The notes beneath the pieces were generated by a model that was not told where the DNA came from, ran no database searches, and saw only the letters and a list, made by a program, of their open reading frames with translations. The translations under genes were made by a program, and so were the position numbers. 64,000 nt of DNA from Bacteroidales bacterium (GTDB lineage Bacteria > Bacteroidota > Bacteroidia > Bacteroidales > UBA932): assembly GCA_017455065.1 (NCBI GenBank), contig JAFTBU010000010.1, forward strand, positions 31,028 through 95,027. Direction: 5' to 3'. Of the stretch, positions 37,307 to 47,667 are shown in pieces. The stretch's first letter is position 1, and every line of letters begins with the position of its first letter.

Positions 37307-37309
37307 CCG

Positions 37310-38320
37310 CTAAGGTTTGTCAACTATTTCGATATCGAACCTCAAGGGTGAGAATGCAGGGATGGCATCGCCGCTTCCATTGCCGGCATAGCCGAGCTTG
37401 GAGATGAAAATGCAGGTGCCGGCCTCATGGGGATACATCTTGGAGAGACAGTAGGACATGCCTTCTATCATGCTGCTCTTGCTGGATGTCATCGTGTAGT
37501 CGGTATAGGTCTCACCGCAGTTGATGACCACGGGAGCGTAAGTCCCGCCGTGGTTGACACCGTAGTATTCGGCGGTGTCCCTGATGGAGGTGTCGAACAC
37601 CTGTCCGTCGAGGCGGCGTCCGATATAGTTTATATAGAAAGTGGAATCGGCTGCGTAGGCGACATTGCTGTCAGGCGCCTTGGTGCGGATGTAGTAGAAA
37701 CCGTACATGGTGGTGTCGGACTTCGCTTTGGAGGGGAAGTTCGCGGCGAGGTACCTTGCGATGGAATCCACTTCCCAGGAGTTGATGTCGGAGATCGACT
37801 CCAGGACGGTGAAATCGTAGATGGTGTCGGTGCCGGTCACATTGGCCTTGTACTCACTCTCTCCGCCGTACCTGACATAGGACATGAGCCATCCCGGGAT
37901 CACCACTGTCCTGTGCCCTCCGACACGCATCTCGCTGACGGATTCATCGAGGCCGGCGTACATATGGTTCTCTCCGCGGTACACCACTTCGGGACCGAAG
38001 TAATCGGACTCCTCGTAGTCGTCCAGCTGCTTGGCCATCTCATCGGAAGTGTAGCCGATGACGGTGCCGTCCAGCCCTCTGGAAAGGTACTCGAGCCTGA
38101 TGTAGGGTGAGGCGGTCGCGTCCCCTATGAGGGCTCCGGTGCCGGGAGTGTCCTCGATGATGTAGGCTCCGAGAGGGGTGCGTACCGCATCGGGATAATT
38201 GGTCTTGATCCAAGCTTCGAACACCTTCTCGTTCTGGGAGTTGAGGCTTCCGGATGAAGACTTCGCGCATCCCCACAGACAGAGGATGGCGGCTGCGATC
38301 ATTATGGTATATCTTTTCAT
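37310..38320 (-). CDS. FKBP-type peptidyl-prolyl isomerase lipoprotein (two FKBP-like domains)
   Basis: LWGC lipobox, YIGRRLDGQVFDTS and IPAFSPLRFDIEI. Confidence 0.8.
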   Translation of the reverse strand: MKRYTIMIAAAILCLWGCAKSSSGSLNSQNEKVFEAWIKTNYPDAVRTPLGAYIIEDTPGTGALIGDATASPYIRLEYLSRGLDGTVIGYTSDEMAKQLDDYEESDYFGPEVVYRGENHMYAGLDESVSEMRVGGHRTVVIPGWLMSYVRYGGESEYKANVTGTDTIYDFTVLESISDINSWEVDSIARYLAANFPSKAKSDTTMYGFYYIRTKAPDSNVAYAADSTFYINYIGRRLDGQVFDTSIRDTAEYYGVNHGGTYAPVVINCGETYTDYTMTSSKSSMIEGMSYCLSKMYPHEAGTCIFISKLGYAGNGSGDAIPAFSPLRFDIEIVDKP

Positions 38321-38359
38321 TTTCAAACGGTCTCTTTGCTGCACTAATCGTGCCGTTCC

Positions 38360-39391
38360 TTACAGGTCGGCGGTAACTTTGCCCACGTATCCGGCGGCGT
38401 GGTCCCTGTCGGGGATGTCGGCCGGGATGTACAGGCGGCCGCCCGCCGCGAGCTCGTGTCCGCCGCCGTTGAAATGGCTCATGGCCAGGCGGTTGGCACT
38501 GACTCCCTTCTTGGAGCGGAGGGATACCCTGAACATCCCTTCAGTCTCCTTCAGGAATACGCTCAGTTTCACTTTGCCTATGCTCAGGGGGATGTTGACG
38601 AGTCCGTCCAGCTCCCCTTCGCGTATGTCGTATTTCTCCATCAACTCGCGGGTGACGATGATGCAGGCCACACCGTTGTCGCTGATGGTCATATGGGAGC
38701 CGAGCAGCTCCGCGAAGGCGCGGATCCGGTTCTCCCTGTATTCATTGTACAATCTGGCCACGATCCAGTCCCTGTCGACTCCGGCCTCCAGCAGTGCCGA
38801 TGCCATCCGGAGGGTGCCGGGGAACACGGAATTGGCGAAATTGTTGGTGTCGGTCGTCATCCCTGCCATCAGGGCGGTGGCGCTGGTGCGGGGCAATGCC
38901 GACGCGTCCCCGGAAATCTGCGGCAGGGCCAGCAGCACCTGGTACAGCATCTCGCAGGCGGAGGAAACCTCGGTGCTGCTGAACACTGTCCCGAACTGCT
39001 CCGTGTCGGGGCCGGGATGGTGGTCAATGAGCACCTTGGGGCAGGGATTGGCCTTGATGGCGGCTTCCATCGCCTCGCCTGCGCGGCGCGCCGCGTTGAA
39101 GTCCAGGCAGATGATGAGGTCGGCCTCCGAAAGCAGGCAGACATCCTCGGGATGGGAGCTGACGTCGTGCATCTTTTCGCCCCGGGTCAAGAACGCCAGA
39201 TAGTCGGGGGAAGCGTCCGGAATCAGCAACTCCGGAGCCTTGCCCATGCAATCTTCAAGGAAGTGCTTCAAGGCCAGGGAGCTGCCTATCGCATCTCCGT
39301 CGGGATGCATGTGGGTCACGATGCATATCCGCGAGGAGGCTTGCAGCAGGAGCCTGAGAGATTCTATCCTTTTTTCAGAAATTGCATTCAT
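38360..39391 (-). CDS. DHH/DHHA1 phosphoesterase (NrnA-like oligoribonuclease / PAP phosphatase)
   Basis: HPDGDAIGS, DHH, TDT, SLRS and GGGH motifs. Confidence 0.92.
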   Translation of the reverse strand: MNAISEKRIESLRLLLQASSRICIVTHMHPDGDAIGSSLALKHFLEDCMGKAPELLIPDASPDYLAFLTRGEKMHDVSSHPEDVCLLSEADLIICLDFNAARRAGEAMEAAIKANPCPKVLIDHHPGPDTEQFGTVFSSTEVSSACEMLYQVLLALPQISGDASALPRTSATALMAGMTTDTNNFANSVFPGTLRMASALLEAGVDRDWIVARLYNEYRENRIRAFAELLGSHMTISDNGVACIIVTRELMEKYDIREGELDGLVNIPLSIGKVKLSVFLKETEGMFRVSLRSKKGVSANRLAMSHFNGGGHELAAGGRLYIPADIPDRDHAAGYVGKVTADL

Positions 39392-39401
39392 TTTTCGAGC
39401 G

Positions 39402-39449
39402 CAAATTTAATAAGAATATTGCATTTCATAAATCATTTTTATAACTTTG
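39402..39449. promoter_or_regulatory. Divergent pair of -7 elements (TAAATTTG on -, 39402-39409; TAACTTTG on +, 39442-39449)
   Basis: Two TAnnTTTG matches pointing at the divergent genes. Confidence 0.6.
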
Positions 39450-39481
39450 TCCGACTTTGGAAATAATAAAATCACTTTATA

Positions 39482-40174
39482 ATGAACGGGATATTTAAAA
39501 AAATCTTGAGCTGGCTCCTCTTCTTCGTGTGCGTCGGCCTCGTGTATCTTATTTACAGCAGCATCATGCAGCCTGTCAACTTCAACAAGCAGAAGAAAGT
39601 CCGCGAGGATGTCGCCATCCAGCGTCTGAAGGATATCCGTACCCTCCAGGTGGCCTACAAGGGCGTCAAAGGCACCTACACTGCTTCCATTGACACTCTC
39701 AAGGATTTCTATGAGAACGGCAAGATCGCTGTCGTCATGCAGATCGGTTCCCAGGATGACTCCCTGGCAGTCGACCACACTGACAAAGTGAAGAAGGCAA
39801 ACCGCAAGATCACCCCTCAGGACCTCTACCAGATGTATCTGGCCGGCGACAAGAACCTCGTCTTCTCCGTGGAGAACGACATCGCCGTGAAGGATACCCT
39901 CTTCAACAACCGTCCTGATTTCAACATCGACTCCCTCAAGACCATTCCTTTCTCCGACGGCGAGCCTGTCATCATGGACGCCATCGTCAGGACCGTGTCC
40001 GGTGTCCAGGTCCCTCTGTTCGAGGCCAAGATGCCCTACAAGCTCCTTCTCAAGGGTATGGACAACCAGTTGAGGATCAACCTCGATGCTGACCAGCGTG
40101 ACATGAACCGTTACGAGGGACTCCAGGTCGGCAGCATCGACGTGCCTAACAACAACGCAGGTAACTGGGAGTAA
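39482..40174 (+). CDS. Conserved Bacteroidota hypothetical protein with N-terminal TM
   Basis: 230-aa ORF with native codon usage; C-terminal VGS...NNNAGNWE resembles the conserved protein found before DUF3822. Confidence 0.8.
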   Translation: MNGIFKKILSWLLFFVCVGLVYLIYSSIMQPVNFNKQKKVREDVAIQRLKDIRTLQVAYKGVKGTYTASIDTLKDFYENGKIAVVMQIGSQDDSLAVDHTDKVKKANRKITPQDLYQMYLAGDKNLVFSVENDIAVKDTLFNNRPDFNIDSLKTIPFSDGEPVIMDAIVRTVSGVQVPLFEAKMPYKLLLKGMDNQLRINLDADQRDMNRYEGLQVGSIDVPNNNAGNWE

Positions 40175-40179
40175 TAGCT

Positions 40180-40704
40180 GTGGAAGTTTCCCTTCTGACT
40201 CCCAAGTGCACCCTCGTTCCGGCAAAGTTCTTCGACCCCTCTTCCGCCACGGAAGTTCTCGAAAAGGTTGCCAGGCTCTCGACCATGGACGAGGTCAAAT
40301 ATGTGGACGTGCCTCAGTATGACGCAGTCCTTGTGTATTCGGAATCAGTAGAGGACCAGTACTCCAAGATCATTTCGGAAGACGGCATCTCAGGCGGAAC
40401 CGGTGAGGCGAAGCCTGAGATGTTCTATATTCTGCGGGACCTGTCCCGCTGCGAGGACTACAACAGGATACTCGCGACCTATGCGGACGGCCACCTCTAT
40501 CTGGCCATCGCCCAGGGTGACACCCTGCTTCTCTCCAATGTGTATAAAGCCGTGGATTTCACCACCGCCGAGTATTTCATATTCCTGGCCATGAAATCCC
40601 TCCAGCTCAATCCCGAGGTGTCCACCATCTGCTGGAGGATGCCCATCTCCGAAGAGGAGGAGATGTCCCTCTACCGCTATTTCAAGTCCGTCGAGCAGTT
40701 CTGA
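40180..40704 (+). CDS. DUF3822 family protein (short form)
   Basis: TLVPAKFF, LLLSNVYK and EYFIFLAMKSL; position between the conserved hypothetical gene and rsmD. Confidence 0.7.
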   Translation: MEVSLLTPKCTLVPAKFFDPSSATEVLEKVARLSTMDEVKYVDVPQYDAVLVYSESVEDQYSKIISEDGISGGTGEAKPEMFYILRDLSRCEDYNRILATYADGHLYLAIAQGDTLLLSNVYKAVDFTTAEYFIFLAMKSLQLNPEVSTICWRMPISEEEEMSLYRYFKSVEQF

Positions 40705-40705
40705 G

Positions 40706-41248
40706 ATGCGTATAATAGGCGGACGGCTCAAGGGCCGCATCATAGAAATGCCTTCCAGCTACAAAGCCCGTCCCACGACGGATTTCGCCCGGGAGGCTCT
40801 TTTCAATATAATAGGTAACGAATACGAGTTCGAGGATCTGAAGGTGCTGGATCTCTTCGGAGGCACCGGCGCGGTGTCCTACGAATTCGCTTCCCGCGGC
40901 GCCGCCAAGGTGTACTGCGTGGAGATGCTCAGGGAAAACGCCGCCTTCATCCGCAAGGAGGCAGCCCGCCTGGGCCTGGACAATGTCGTGGCGGTCAGGG
41001 ACAATGTCTTCGATTTCCTGCCCATATGCCGTGAGAAATTCGACCTGGTCTTCGCGGATCCTCCCTATGCCCTGGAAGGGCTGGAGACCATTCCCGACAA
41101 GGTGCTTTCGAGGAACATACTCCATCCGGACTGCTGGTTCGTGCTGGAGCACGGCTCGGAGCATTCTTTCACCTCGCACCCCTGCTTCCTCAAGGAGAAG
41201 GTGTACGGCAGGGTGCATTTCTCTTTCTTCGTCCCCCGTCATGCCTAG
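40706..41248 (+). CDS. rsmD: RsmD family rRNA methyltransferase
   Basis: MRIIGG, RPTTD, LDLFGGTG and FADPPY. Confidence 0.92.
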   Translation: MRIIGGRLKGRIIEMPSSYKARPTTDFAREALFNIIGNEYEFEDLKVLDLFGGTGAVSYEFASRGAAKVYCVEMLRENAAFIRKEAARLGLDNVVAVRDNVFDFLPICREKFDLVFADPPYALEGLETIPDKVLSRNILHPDCWFVLEHGSEHSFTSHPCFLKEKVYGRVHFSFFVPRHA

Positions 41249-42036
41249 AGTCCCTTGGCCTTGGCCTCGTCCCAGATGGCATCCATCTCGGCGAGGGTCA
41301 TGTCCGAGAGTTTCCTCCCTTTTTTCAAGGTGTTTTCTTCCAGATAAGTGAAGCGCCTGCGGAATTTGTCGCAGCTGGAGTTCAGCGCGGCCTCGGGGTC
41401 TATCCCGTAGAGGCGGGCGGCGTTGATGGCCGCGAAGAGCATATCCCCGAATTCTTCCTGCATGTGGGCGCGGTCCTGCTCGGAGCAGGCCTCCCTCGCC
41501 TCGGCGGTCTCTTCGCAGACCTTGTCCCAGACATCTTCCTTCTGCTCCCAGTCGAAGCCGCAGCCGCGGGCCTTCTCCTGCATGGACAGGGCCTTGAGCA
41601 GGGCGGGCATCGAATCGGGGATGCCGGACATTACAGTCTTGTTGCCGTCCTTCTCGCGGGCTTTCACCAGCTCCCAGGTGTCGGCTATCTCCTTGGCGGT
41701 CAGCTCCTTCCCTGCCATCTCGCCGAAGACATGGGGGTGGCGGAACACCATCTTGTCGCAAATCTTGCCGATGCAGTCGGCTATGTCGAAACTGCCTTCT
41801 TCCTGGCCTATCCTGGCATAGAACACCATATGGTAGAGCAGGTCGCCTATCTCCTTGGCCGTGCCCTTCCTGTCGCCTTTGAGTATCGTGTCGCTGAGTT
41901 CATAGACTTCCTCTTCGGTCATGGGCCTTATGGTCTCCATGGTCTGGGCGGCGTTCCAGGGACATTTCTCCCTGAGCTCGTCCATGATGTCCAGAAGACG
42001 GCTGAAAGCCTGGATTTTTTCTTCTTTTGTGTGCAT
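41245..42036 (-). CDS. mazG: Nucleoside triphosphate pyrophosphohydrolase MazG (263 aa)
   Basis: LREKCPW, EEVYEL, EIGDLL, RHPHVF and EEFGDMLFA. The 708-aa ORF-track entry is a shadow extension. Confidence 0.93.
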   Translation of the reverse strand: MHTKEEKIQAFSRLLDIMDELREKCPWNAAQTMETIRPMTEEEVYELSDTILKGDRKGTAKEIGDLLYHMVFYARIGQEEGSFDIADCIGKICDKMVFRHPHVFGEMAGKELTAKEIADTWELVKAREKDGNKTVMSGIPDSMPALLKALSMQEKARGCGFDWEQKEDVWDKVCEETAEAREACSEQDRAHMQEEFGDMLFAAINAARLYGIDPEAALNSSCDKFRRRFTYLEENTLKKGRKLSDMTLAEMDAIWDEAKAKGL

Positions 42037-42048
42037 CGAATTAATTGC

Positions 42049-42070
42049 TAACTTTGTAAATGCAAATGTA
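42049..42070. promoter_or_regulatory. Divergent, closely spaced -7 elements (TAACTTTG on +, 42049-42056; TACATTTG on -, 42063-42070)
   Basis: Both match TAnnTTTG within the 48-bp intergenic gap. Confidence 0.6.
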
Positions 42071-42084
42071 GCAATTATTCCAAG

Positions 42085-43386
42085 ATGAAAGATATCAGAT
42101 TCGTATCGGCGGATGAGGCAGTGAGCCACATCAAGTCCCACAGCCACATCCATCTGAGCAGTGTGGCCAGCGTCCCCCACATCCTCATCCAGGCACTCTG
42201 CCGCAGGGCCGATGCCGGCGATGTGTGCGACCTGCATTTCCATCACTTCCACACCGAGGGTCCGGCTCCCTACAGCGAGCCCCGCTACGAAGGTATCTTC
42301 TTCGAGCAGGGATTCTTCGTGGGGCCCAATGTCAGGGCCAATGTGAACGCCGGATACGCCGACTATCTGCCGGTGCATCTCGGGGAGAGCCAGAAGCTCT
42401 ACCGCGAGGGCTTCATCAAGCTCGGCGCCGCCCTGGTCAACATCAGCCGTCCCAATGCTGACGGCATGGTGAGTCTCGGCACTTCCGTGGACTGCTCCGT
42501 CGCAGCCATCGAATCCGCTGAACTCGTGATCGGCGTGGTCAATCCCAACGTCCCCTTCGCCCACGGCGACCTGCTCAGCCTCGACCAGTTTGATTATCTC
42601 GTGCAGGACGACACCCCGCTGGTCACCGCCAAATTTGCAGAGCCCACCCCCACCGAGGTGCTCATCGGCAAGAACTGCGCGGCCCTGGTGGATGACGGCG
42701 ACTGCGTGCAGATGGGCATCGGCGCCCTGCCGAACGCCCTCGCCGCCCAGCTCGGCTCCCACAAGAACCTCGGCCTCCACACCGAGATGTTCGCCGACGG
42801 ATTGCTCCGCCTCATCAAGGCGGGGGTGATCAACGGCGCCTGCAAGAAGATCGACACCGGCAAGGTCGTCGCCTCCTTCCTGCTCGGTTCCCAGGAGGTA
42901 TATTCTTTCATTGACGACAATCCCGACGTCCTCATGAGGGACATCAAATACACCAACGATCCCTGGGTCATCTCCAGGAATCCCCATATGAAGGCCATCA
43001 ACAGCGCCACCGAGGTGGACCTGACCGGACAGATCAGCGCCGACTCCATCGGCACCCGCATCTTCAGCGGCACCGGCGGGCAGCTCGAGTTCGTCCGCGG
43101 AGCCACCATGTCCGAGGGCGGCAAGAGCATCACCGCTTTCGCCAGCCGTACCCTCAAGGGCAAGAACAAGATTGTCGCGGAGCTCAACCCCGGCGCCGGC
43201 GTCGTGACCCCCAGGGCTGACGCCCATTGGATCGTGACCGAGTACGGCGCGGTCGACCTCTATGGAAAGAGCCTCCAGGAAAGGGCCAAGCTGATGATTT
43301 CCATCGCCCATCCCGACGACAGGGAAATGCTCGACCGCCAGGCCTTCGAGCGCTTCGGCCCCCATTGGCACAATTTCTCGATATGA
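42085..43386 (+). CDS. Acetyl-CoA hydrolase/transferase family (4-hydroxybutyrate CoA-transferase-like)
   Basis: QMGIGALP, LGLHTEM, INSATEVDLTGQ, SGTGGQLEF and VTEYG. Confidence 0.92.
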   Translation: MKDIRFVSADEAVSHIKSHSHIHLSSVASVPHILIQALCRRADAGDVCDLHFHHFHTEGPAPYSEPRYEGIFFEQGFFVGPNVRANVNAGYADYLPVHLGESQKLYREGFIKLGAALVNISRPNADGMVSLGTSVDCSVAAIESAELVIGVVNPNVPFAHGDLLSLDQFDYLVQDDTPLVTAKFAEPTPTEVLIGKNCAALVDDGDCVQMGIGALPNALAAQLGSHKNLGLHTEMFADGLLRLIKAGVINGACKKIDTGKVVASFLLGSQEVYSFIDDNPDVLMRDIKYTNDPWVISRNPHMKAINSATEVDLTGQISADSIGTRIFSGTGGQLEFVRGATMSEGGKSITAFASRTLKGKNKIVAELNPGAGVVTPRADAHWIVTEYGAVDLYGKSLQERAKLMISIAHPDDREMLDRQAFERFGPHWHNFSI

Positions 43387-44111
43387 TACCCGAATGGCAG
43401 ACCCGTACGGGGATGCTCCTTGGTGAAGCCGCCCTGGAAAGGCTCGCGGCTGCGCGGGTCGTCGTAGTGGGCGTGGGCGGCGTGGGTGCCATGGCCGCCG
43501 AGATGCTGGTGCGGGCAGGGGTGGGACATCTCACCGTCATCGACAGCGACAGCGTCAATACCACCAATATCAACCGCCAGCTGCTGGCGCTCAACTCCAC
43601 CGTCGGCCGCTCCAAGGTGGAGGTGCTCTCGCAGCGTCTGCTGGACATCAATCCCGGCCTGGACCTGCACATCGAAGAGACTTACCTCACCGAACTGAAC
43701 GTGGAGTCCCTGATACGGAAAGGGGAGTGCGACCATGTGGTGGACGCCATCGATACCATAAGTCCCAAGGTGGCCCTCATCTGCCATTGCCTCGCTGCGG
43801 GGATACCGCTCGTGAGTTCCATGGGTTCCGGGGCCAAGCTGGATGCCACCGCGGTCAAGGTGGCCGACATTTCCAAGACCAACATGTGCCCCCTGGCGCA
43901 TATGCTGCGCAAACGCCTGCACAAAATGGGGATACGCAGCGGCTTCCTGGCTGTCTTCTCCGAGGAGAAACCGCTCGAGGGCTCGATAGTGCTGGAAGAG
44001 AGCCGCAACAAGAAATCCCAGGCCGGGACCGTCTCCTACATGCCGGCGGTGTTCGGCTGTGTATGCGCCCAGGCCGTGATATGCAGAATTGCTGAAATAC
44101 GGGAATTTTAG
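43383..44111 (+). CDS. tcdA: ThiF-family tRNA threonylcarbamoyladenosine dehydratase
   Basis: VGVGGVG, TNINRQ, VDAID, SSMGSG, CPLA and FSEE; ATGA overlap with the upstream gene. Confidence 0.88.
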   Translation: MIPEWQTRTGMLLGEAALERLAAARVVVVGVGGVGAMAAEMLVRAGVGHLTVIDSDSVNTTNINRQLLALNSTVGRSKVEVLSQRLLDINPGLDLHIEETYLTELNVESLIRKGECDHVVDAIDTISPKVALICHCLAAGIPLVSSMGSGAKLDATAVKVADISKTNMCPLAHMLRKRLHKMGIRSGFLAVFSEEKPLEGSIVLEESRNKKSQAGTVSYMPAVFGCVCAQAVICRIAEIREF

Positions 44112-44140
44112 TAATTTTGCACTCTTATTCATTTCCGGCA

Positions 44141-45265
44141 ATGTACAGGGTAGTAGAAGTCAAAGGCCGCAGAGACCTTATGAAGTTCATCAAGTTTCCC
44201 GATGAGCTTTACAAGGGCTGTCCCCAGTATGTCCCGGCATTGCACAGCGACCAGCTGCAGTCCCTGACCAAGGTCTCCACTCTCTCTTATTGTCCTGCCA
44301 AGATGTGGATGGTGATGGACGGACGCCGCGTGGCGGGCCGTATCAGCGCCTTCATAAATCCCAGATACAACGAGAGATACCATACCCGCAGGGTACGTTT
44401 CGGCTGGTTCGACACCATCAACGACCTGGAAGTCGCGAGGCTCCTGGTCGGCGAGGCCGAGCGCTGGGCCGCCGCCCAGGGCATGACCGAGATCCACGGC
44501 CCCCTTTACTACAACACCCTCGGCAAGCAGGGCATGCTGGTCGAAGGCTATGACAACATCCCTCCTTTCAACTGCCTCTACAACTATCCCTACTACAACG
44601 ACCTCATGGCCTCCCTGGGATTCGAGAAGGAATGCGACTGGGTGCAGTTCAAGCTCGTCGCCAACCACGGAGTCCCCGACAAGGCCCGCAGGGTGGCCCG
44701 CCTGGTGGAGGAAAGGTACGGTCTGAGAAAGGCCGACATAGACAAGTTGAAGAAGGATCCGGAGATGATACGCAAGTTTTTCAAGGCCTACAACGAATCC
44801 TTCGCTTCGTCGGTGTACAATTTCGTGCCCCTGACCCCCGAAGAGGAACAGGAGGAGGCAAGGCTTATCCTGCCCCGTATCAATGACAGGGACTCCTGCT
44901 TCCTGCTCGACCGCAACGGGGAGATCGCCGGTTTCGGCGTCGCCGTCCCGTCCATCTCCAAGGCTCTCCAGAAAGCCAAGGGCAAGCTTTTCCCCTTCGG
45001 ATGGATACACCTGCTGGCCGCCCTCCACAACTACGAGACTACGGACCTGATGGTCAACGGAGCGGTCCCGCGCTGGCAAGGCAAGGGCATATCCGCCCTC
45101 TATTACCGTGAGATGGCGGATGCGGCGATCAAGGTGGGTTCGAGATGGGCCATCTCCAATCCTCAGATAGAAACGAACAGTGCAGTGAACATCTGGAACA
45201 GCTACGAACGCGAGCCGTTCATGCGCAGACGCTGCTACATCAAAAAAATAGAAAACAATGGCTGA
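44141..45265 (+). CDS. Putative GNAT-fold N-acetyltransferase (YghO-like)
   Basis: [31 protein letters not shown] and NYPYY; -7 element TAATTTTG at 44112-44119. Confidence 0.7.
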   Translation: MYRVVEVKGRRDLMKFIKFPDELYKGCPQYVPALHSDQLQSLTKVSTLSYCPAKMWMVMDGRRVAGRISAFINPRYNERYHTRRVRFGWFDTINDLEVARLLVGEAERWAAAQGMTEIHGPLYYNTLGKQGMLVEGYDNIPPFNCLYNYPYYNDLMASLGFEKECDWVQFKLVANHGVPDKARRVARLVEERYGLRKADIDKLKKDPEMIRKFFKAYNESFASSVYNFVPLTPEEEQEEARLILPRINDRDSCFLLDRNGEIAGFGVAVPSISKALQKAKGKLFPFGWIHLLAALHNYETTDLMVNGAVPRWQGKGISALYYREMADAAIKVGSRWAISNPQIETNSAVNIWNSYEREPFMRRRCYIKKIENNG

Positions 45266-46346
45266 AAACACACTCCTGGAAAAAGTAATGTCCCTCCAGG
45301 GCAAATTCCAGTCGCTGCAGGAGCAGCTTTCGAGTCCGGAAGTCATGTCCGACATGAAGAAATTCGTCCAGCTCAACAAGGACTACAAGGAGCTGGAGCC
45401 CATCATCAAGGCCGGACAGGAGTACAAGAAACTTCTGGATAGCCTCGCCGAGGCCAAGGATATCCTGCTCAATGAGAAGGACGACGAACTGCGCGAGATG
45501 GCCAGGGCGGAGGTTTCCGAGATAGAGCCCAAGATACCCGAGATGGAGCAGAACATCAAGCTGCTGCTCATCCCGGCAGACCCCGACGATTCCAAGAACG
45601 CCATGGTGGAAATCCGCGGCGGCACCGGAGGCGACGAAGCGGCCATCTTTGCCGGAGACCTTTTCAGAATGTATTCGAAATTCGCCGAGACCAGGGGCTG
45701 GAAGCTGGAAGTGACCGACCAGGCTCCCGGTACTTCGGGCGGATTCAAGCAGATAGTATTCAAGCTTTCCGGCTCTGACGGAGTCTATGGAGTCATGAAA
45801 TACGAGTCCGGAGTCCACCGCGTCCAGAGGGTCCCCCAGACCGAGACCCAGGGCCGTATCCAGACTTCGGCCGCATCCGTGGCAGTCTTCCCCGAGGCCG
45901 GTGAATTCGACGTCGATCTCAGCTGGGATGACATCAGGCTGGACCTCTTCTGCTCGTCGGGTCCCGGCGGTCAGGGCGTGAACACCACTTATTCCGCCGT
46001 CCGCCTCACCCACATCCCTTCCGGACTGGTGGTCCAGTGCCAGGAGGAGCGCTCCCAGCTCAAAAACAAGGACAGGGCCTTCGAGGAACTCAGGACCCGT
46101 CTCTACAACCTCGAGCACCAGAAGTATCTGGACGGCATCGCCGCCAAGAGGAAGACCATGGTCTCCACGGGCGATCGTTCAGCCAAGATCCGCACCTACA
46201 ACTATCCCCAGGGCAGGGTCACCGACCACCGTATCAACTGGTCGATGTACAACCTCCCCGCATTCATGGACGGAGACATCCAGGAATGCATAGACCAGCT
46301 GCAGGTGGCCGAGAATGCTGAAAGGCTCAAGGAAGCCGGGGAATGA
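45258..46346 (+). CDS. prfA: Peptide chain release factor 1
   Basis: [21 protein letters not shown] (PxT), GGQ and [15 protein letters not shown]. Confidence 0.97.
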   Translation: MAENTLLEKVMSLQGKFQSLQEQLSSPEVMSDMKKFVQLNKDYKELEPIIKAGQEYKKLLDSLAEAKDILLNEKDDELREMARAEVSEIEPKIPEMEQNIKLLLIPADPDDSKNAMVEIRGGTGGDEAAIFAGDLFRMYSKFAETRGWKLEVTDQAPGTSGGFKQIVFKLSGSDGVYGVMKYESGVHRVQRVPQTETQGRIQTSAASVAVFPEAGEFDVDLSWDDIRLDLFCSSGPGGQGVNTTYSAVRLTHIPSGLVVQCQEERSQLKNKDRAFEELRTRLYNLEHQKYLDGIAAKRKTMVSTGDRSAKIRTYNYPQGRVTDHRINWSMYNLPAFMDGDIQECIDQLQVAENAERLKEAGE

Positions 46347-47591
46347 TCAGTATTTCCTGAAGGCTGTGCAGGCGTTGTGCCCGCCGAAGCCGAAGGAATT
46401 GTTTATGGCGAGGGTCAGGTCGGCCTTCGCCATTTTGTTTGGCGTATAGTCCAGGTCGCACTCGGGGTCGGGAGTGTCCAGGTTGATGGTGGGAGGGACG
46501 ATCCCGTTGCCCAGCGCCAGTACTGACGCTATGGCCTCTGCGGCTCCGGTGGCTCCGAGCATATGTCCGTGCATGGACTTGGTGGAGCTGATATGGCACT
46601 TGTAGGCATAGTCGCCGAGGGCGAGTTTGCACGCCATGGTCTCGGAAGAATCGTTCAGCTTGGTGCCTGTGCCGTGGGCGTTGATATAGAGGCAGTCGGA
46701 GGCGGGGTCGAAACCGGCCTGGTCGAGGGCGTCCTTTATGCACACAGACTGGGTGGTGCCGTCCTTGCGGGGCGCCGTGGCATGGAAGGCGTCGCAGGTG
46801 CTGCCGTAGCCCACCATTTCAGCGTAGATATGGGCTCCGCGGGCCTTGGCGTGCTCCAATTCTTCGAGGATCAGCACGGCGGCGCCGTCGGCCATCACGA
46901 AACCGCTGCGGTTGAGGTTGAACGGCAGCGAGGAGTACTTGGGGTCCGGCAGGGTGGAAAGGGCTTTGCAATTGGCAAAGCTGGCGAGTCCTATGGGAAT
47001 GGTGGCGGCTTCCGTGCCTCCGGTGATGGCAGCGTCGGCGTAGCCGTGGAGTATGTTCCTGTATGCTTCACCCATGGCGTGGTTGGAGCTGGAGCATGCC
47101 GAGACTATGTCCAGGCAAGAGCCCTTGGCACCGAACCTGATGGCTACCTGGCCTCCGGCCATGTTGCCTATCATCGTGGGGATGAAGTTGGGGGAGATCC
47201 ACCTGCCGCTGGGGTCCTCGAACATCGAGATCTCCTCGCGTGTGATGGTTTCGAACCCTCCGATCCCGCTGGCTATGTAAGTGCTGAGCCTGAAGGGGTC
47301 GATGTTGGATTCGGTGTCCAGACCGCTGTCGGACATGGCCTGGATGGCGGCTGCCATCGCGTAGATGGTGAAGGGATCCTGTTTGCGTATGAACTGTCTG
47401 GGAATGCCGTAGCTTTCAGGATCGAAGTCCTTGACCTTTCCTCCTATCTTGACTTCGAGCAGGTCGGTGGGGAATTCGCTTATATAATCGATGCCGCAGA
47501 CTCCGTCCCGGAGATTGCGCCAGAATGAATCTACATCGTTGCCTATGCAGGAAATGATTCCAAGGCCGGTGACAACCACTCTTCTTTTCAT
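46347..47591 (-). CDS. fabF: Beta-ketoacyl-ACP synthase II
   Basis: ACSSS catalytic Cys, HGTGT, GHMLGA and NSFGFGG. Confidence 0.93.
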   Translation of the reverse strand: MKRRVVVTGLGIISCIGNDVDSFWRNLRDGVCGIDYISEFPTDLLEVKIGGKVKDFDPESYGIPRQFIRKQDPFTIYAMAAAIQAMSDSGLDTESNIDPFRLSTYIASGIGGFETITREEISMFEDPSGRWISPNFIPTMIGNMAGGQVAIRFGAKGSCLDIVSACSSSNHAMGEAYRNILHGYADAAITGGTEAATIPIGLASFANCKALSTLPDPKYSSLPFNLNRSGFVMADGAAVLILEELEHAKARGAHIYAEMVGYGSTCDAFHATAPRKDGTTQSVCIKDALDQAGFDPASDCLYINAHGTGTKLNDSSETMACKLALGDYAYKCHISSTKSMHGHMLGATGAAEAIASVLALGNGIVPPTINLDTPDPECDLDYTPNKMAKADLTLAINNSFGFGGHNACTAFRKY

Positions 47592-47614
47592 AATAAACTC
47601 TCAGTGTTGGTTTA

Positions 47615-47650
47615 CAAAGGTAGTATTTTTTTAATATTTTAATATCTTTG
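47615..47650. promoter_or_regulatory. Divergent -7 elements (TACCTTTG on -, 47615-47622; TATCTTTG on +, 47643-47650)
   Basis: Two TAnnTTTG matches in the fabF / LytTR gap. Confidence 0.6.
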
Positions 47651-47667
47651 TATTTCAAGACAGAACC

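Noticed and set aside
42037-43371. Long N-terminal extension of mazG in the 708-aa ORF
   Set aside because: It is the antisense frame of the CoA-transferase gene; MazG homology and a -7 element place the start at 42036.
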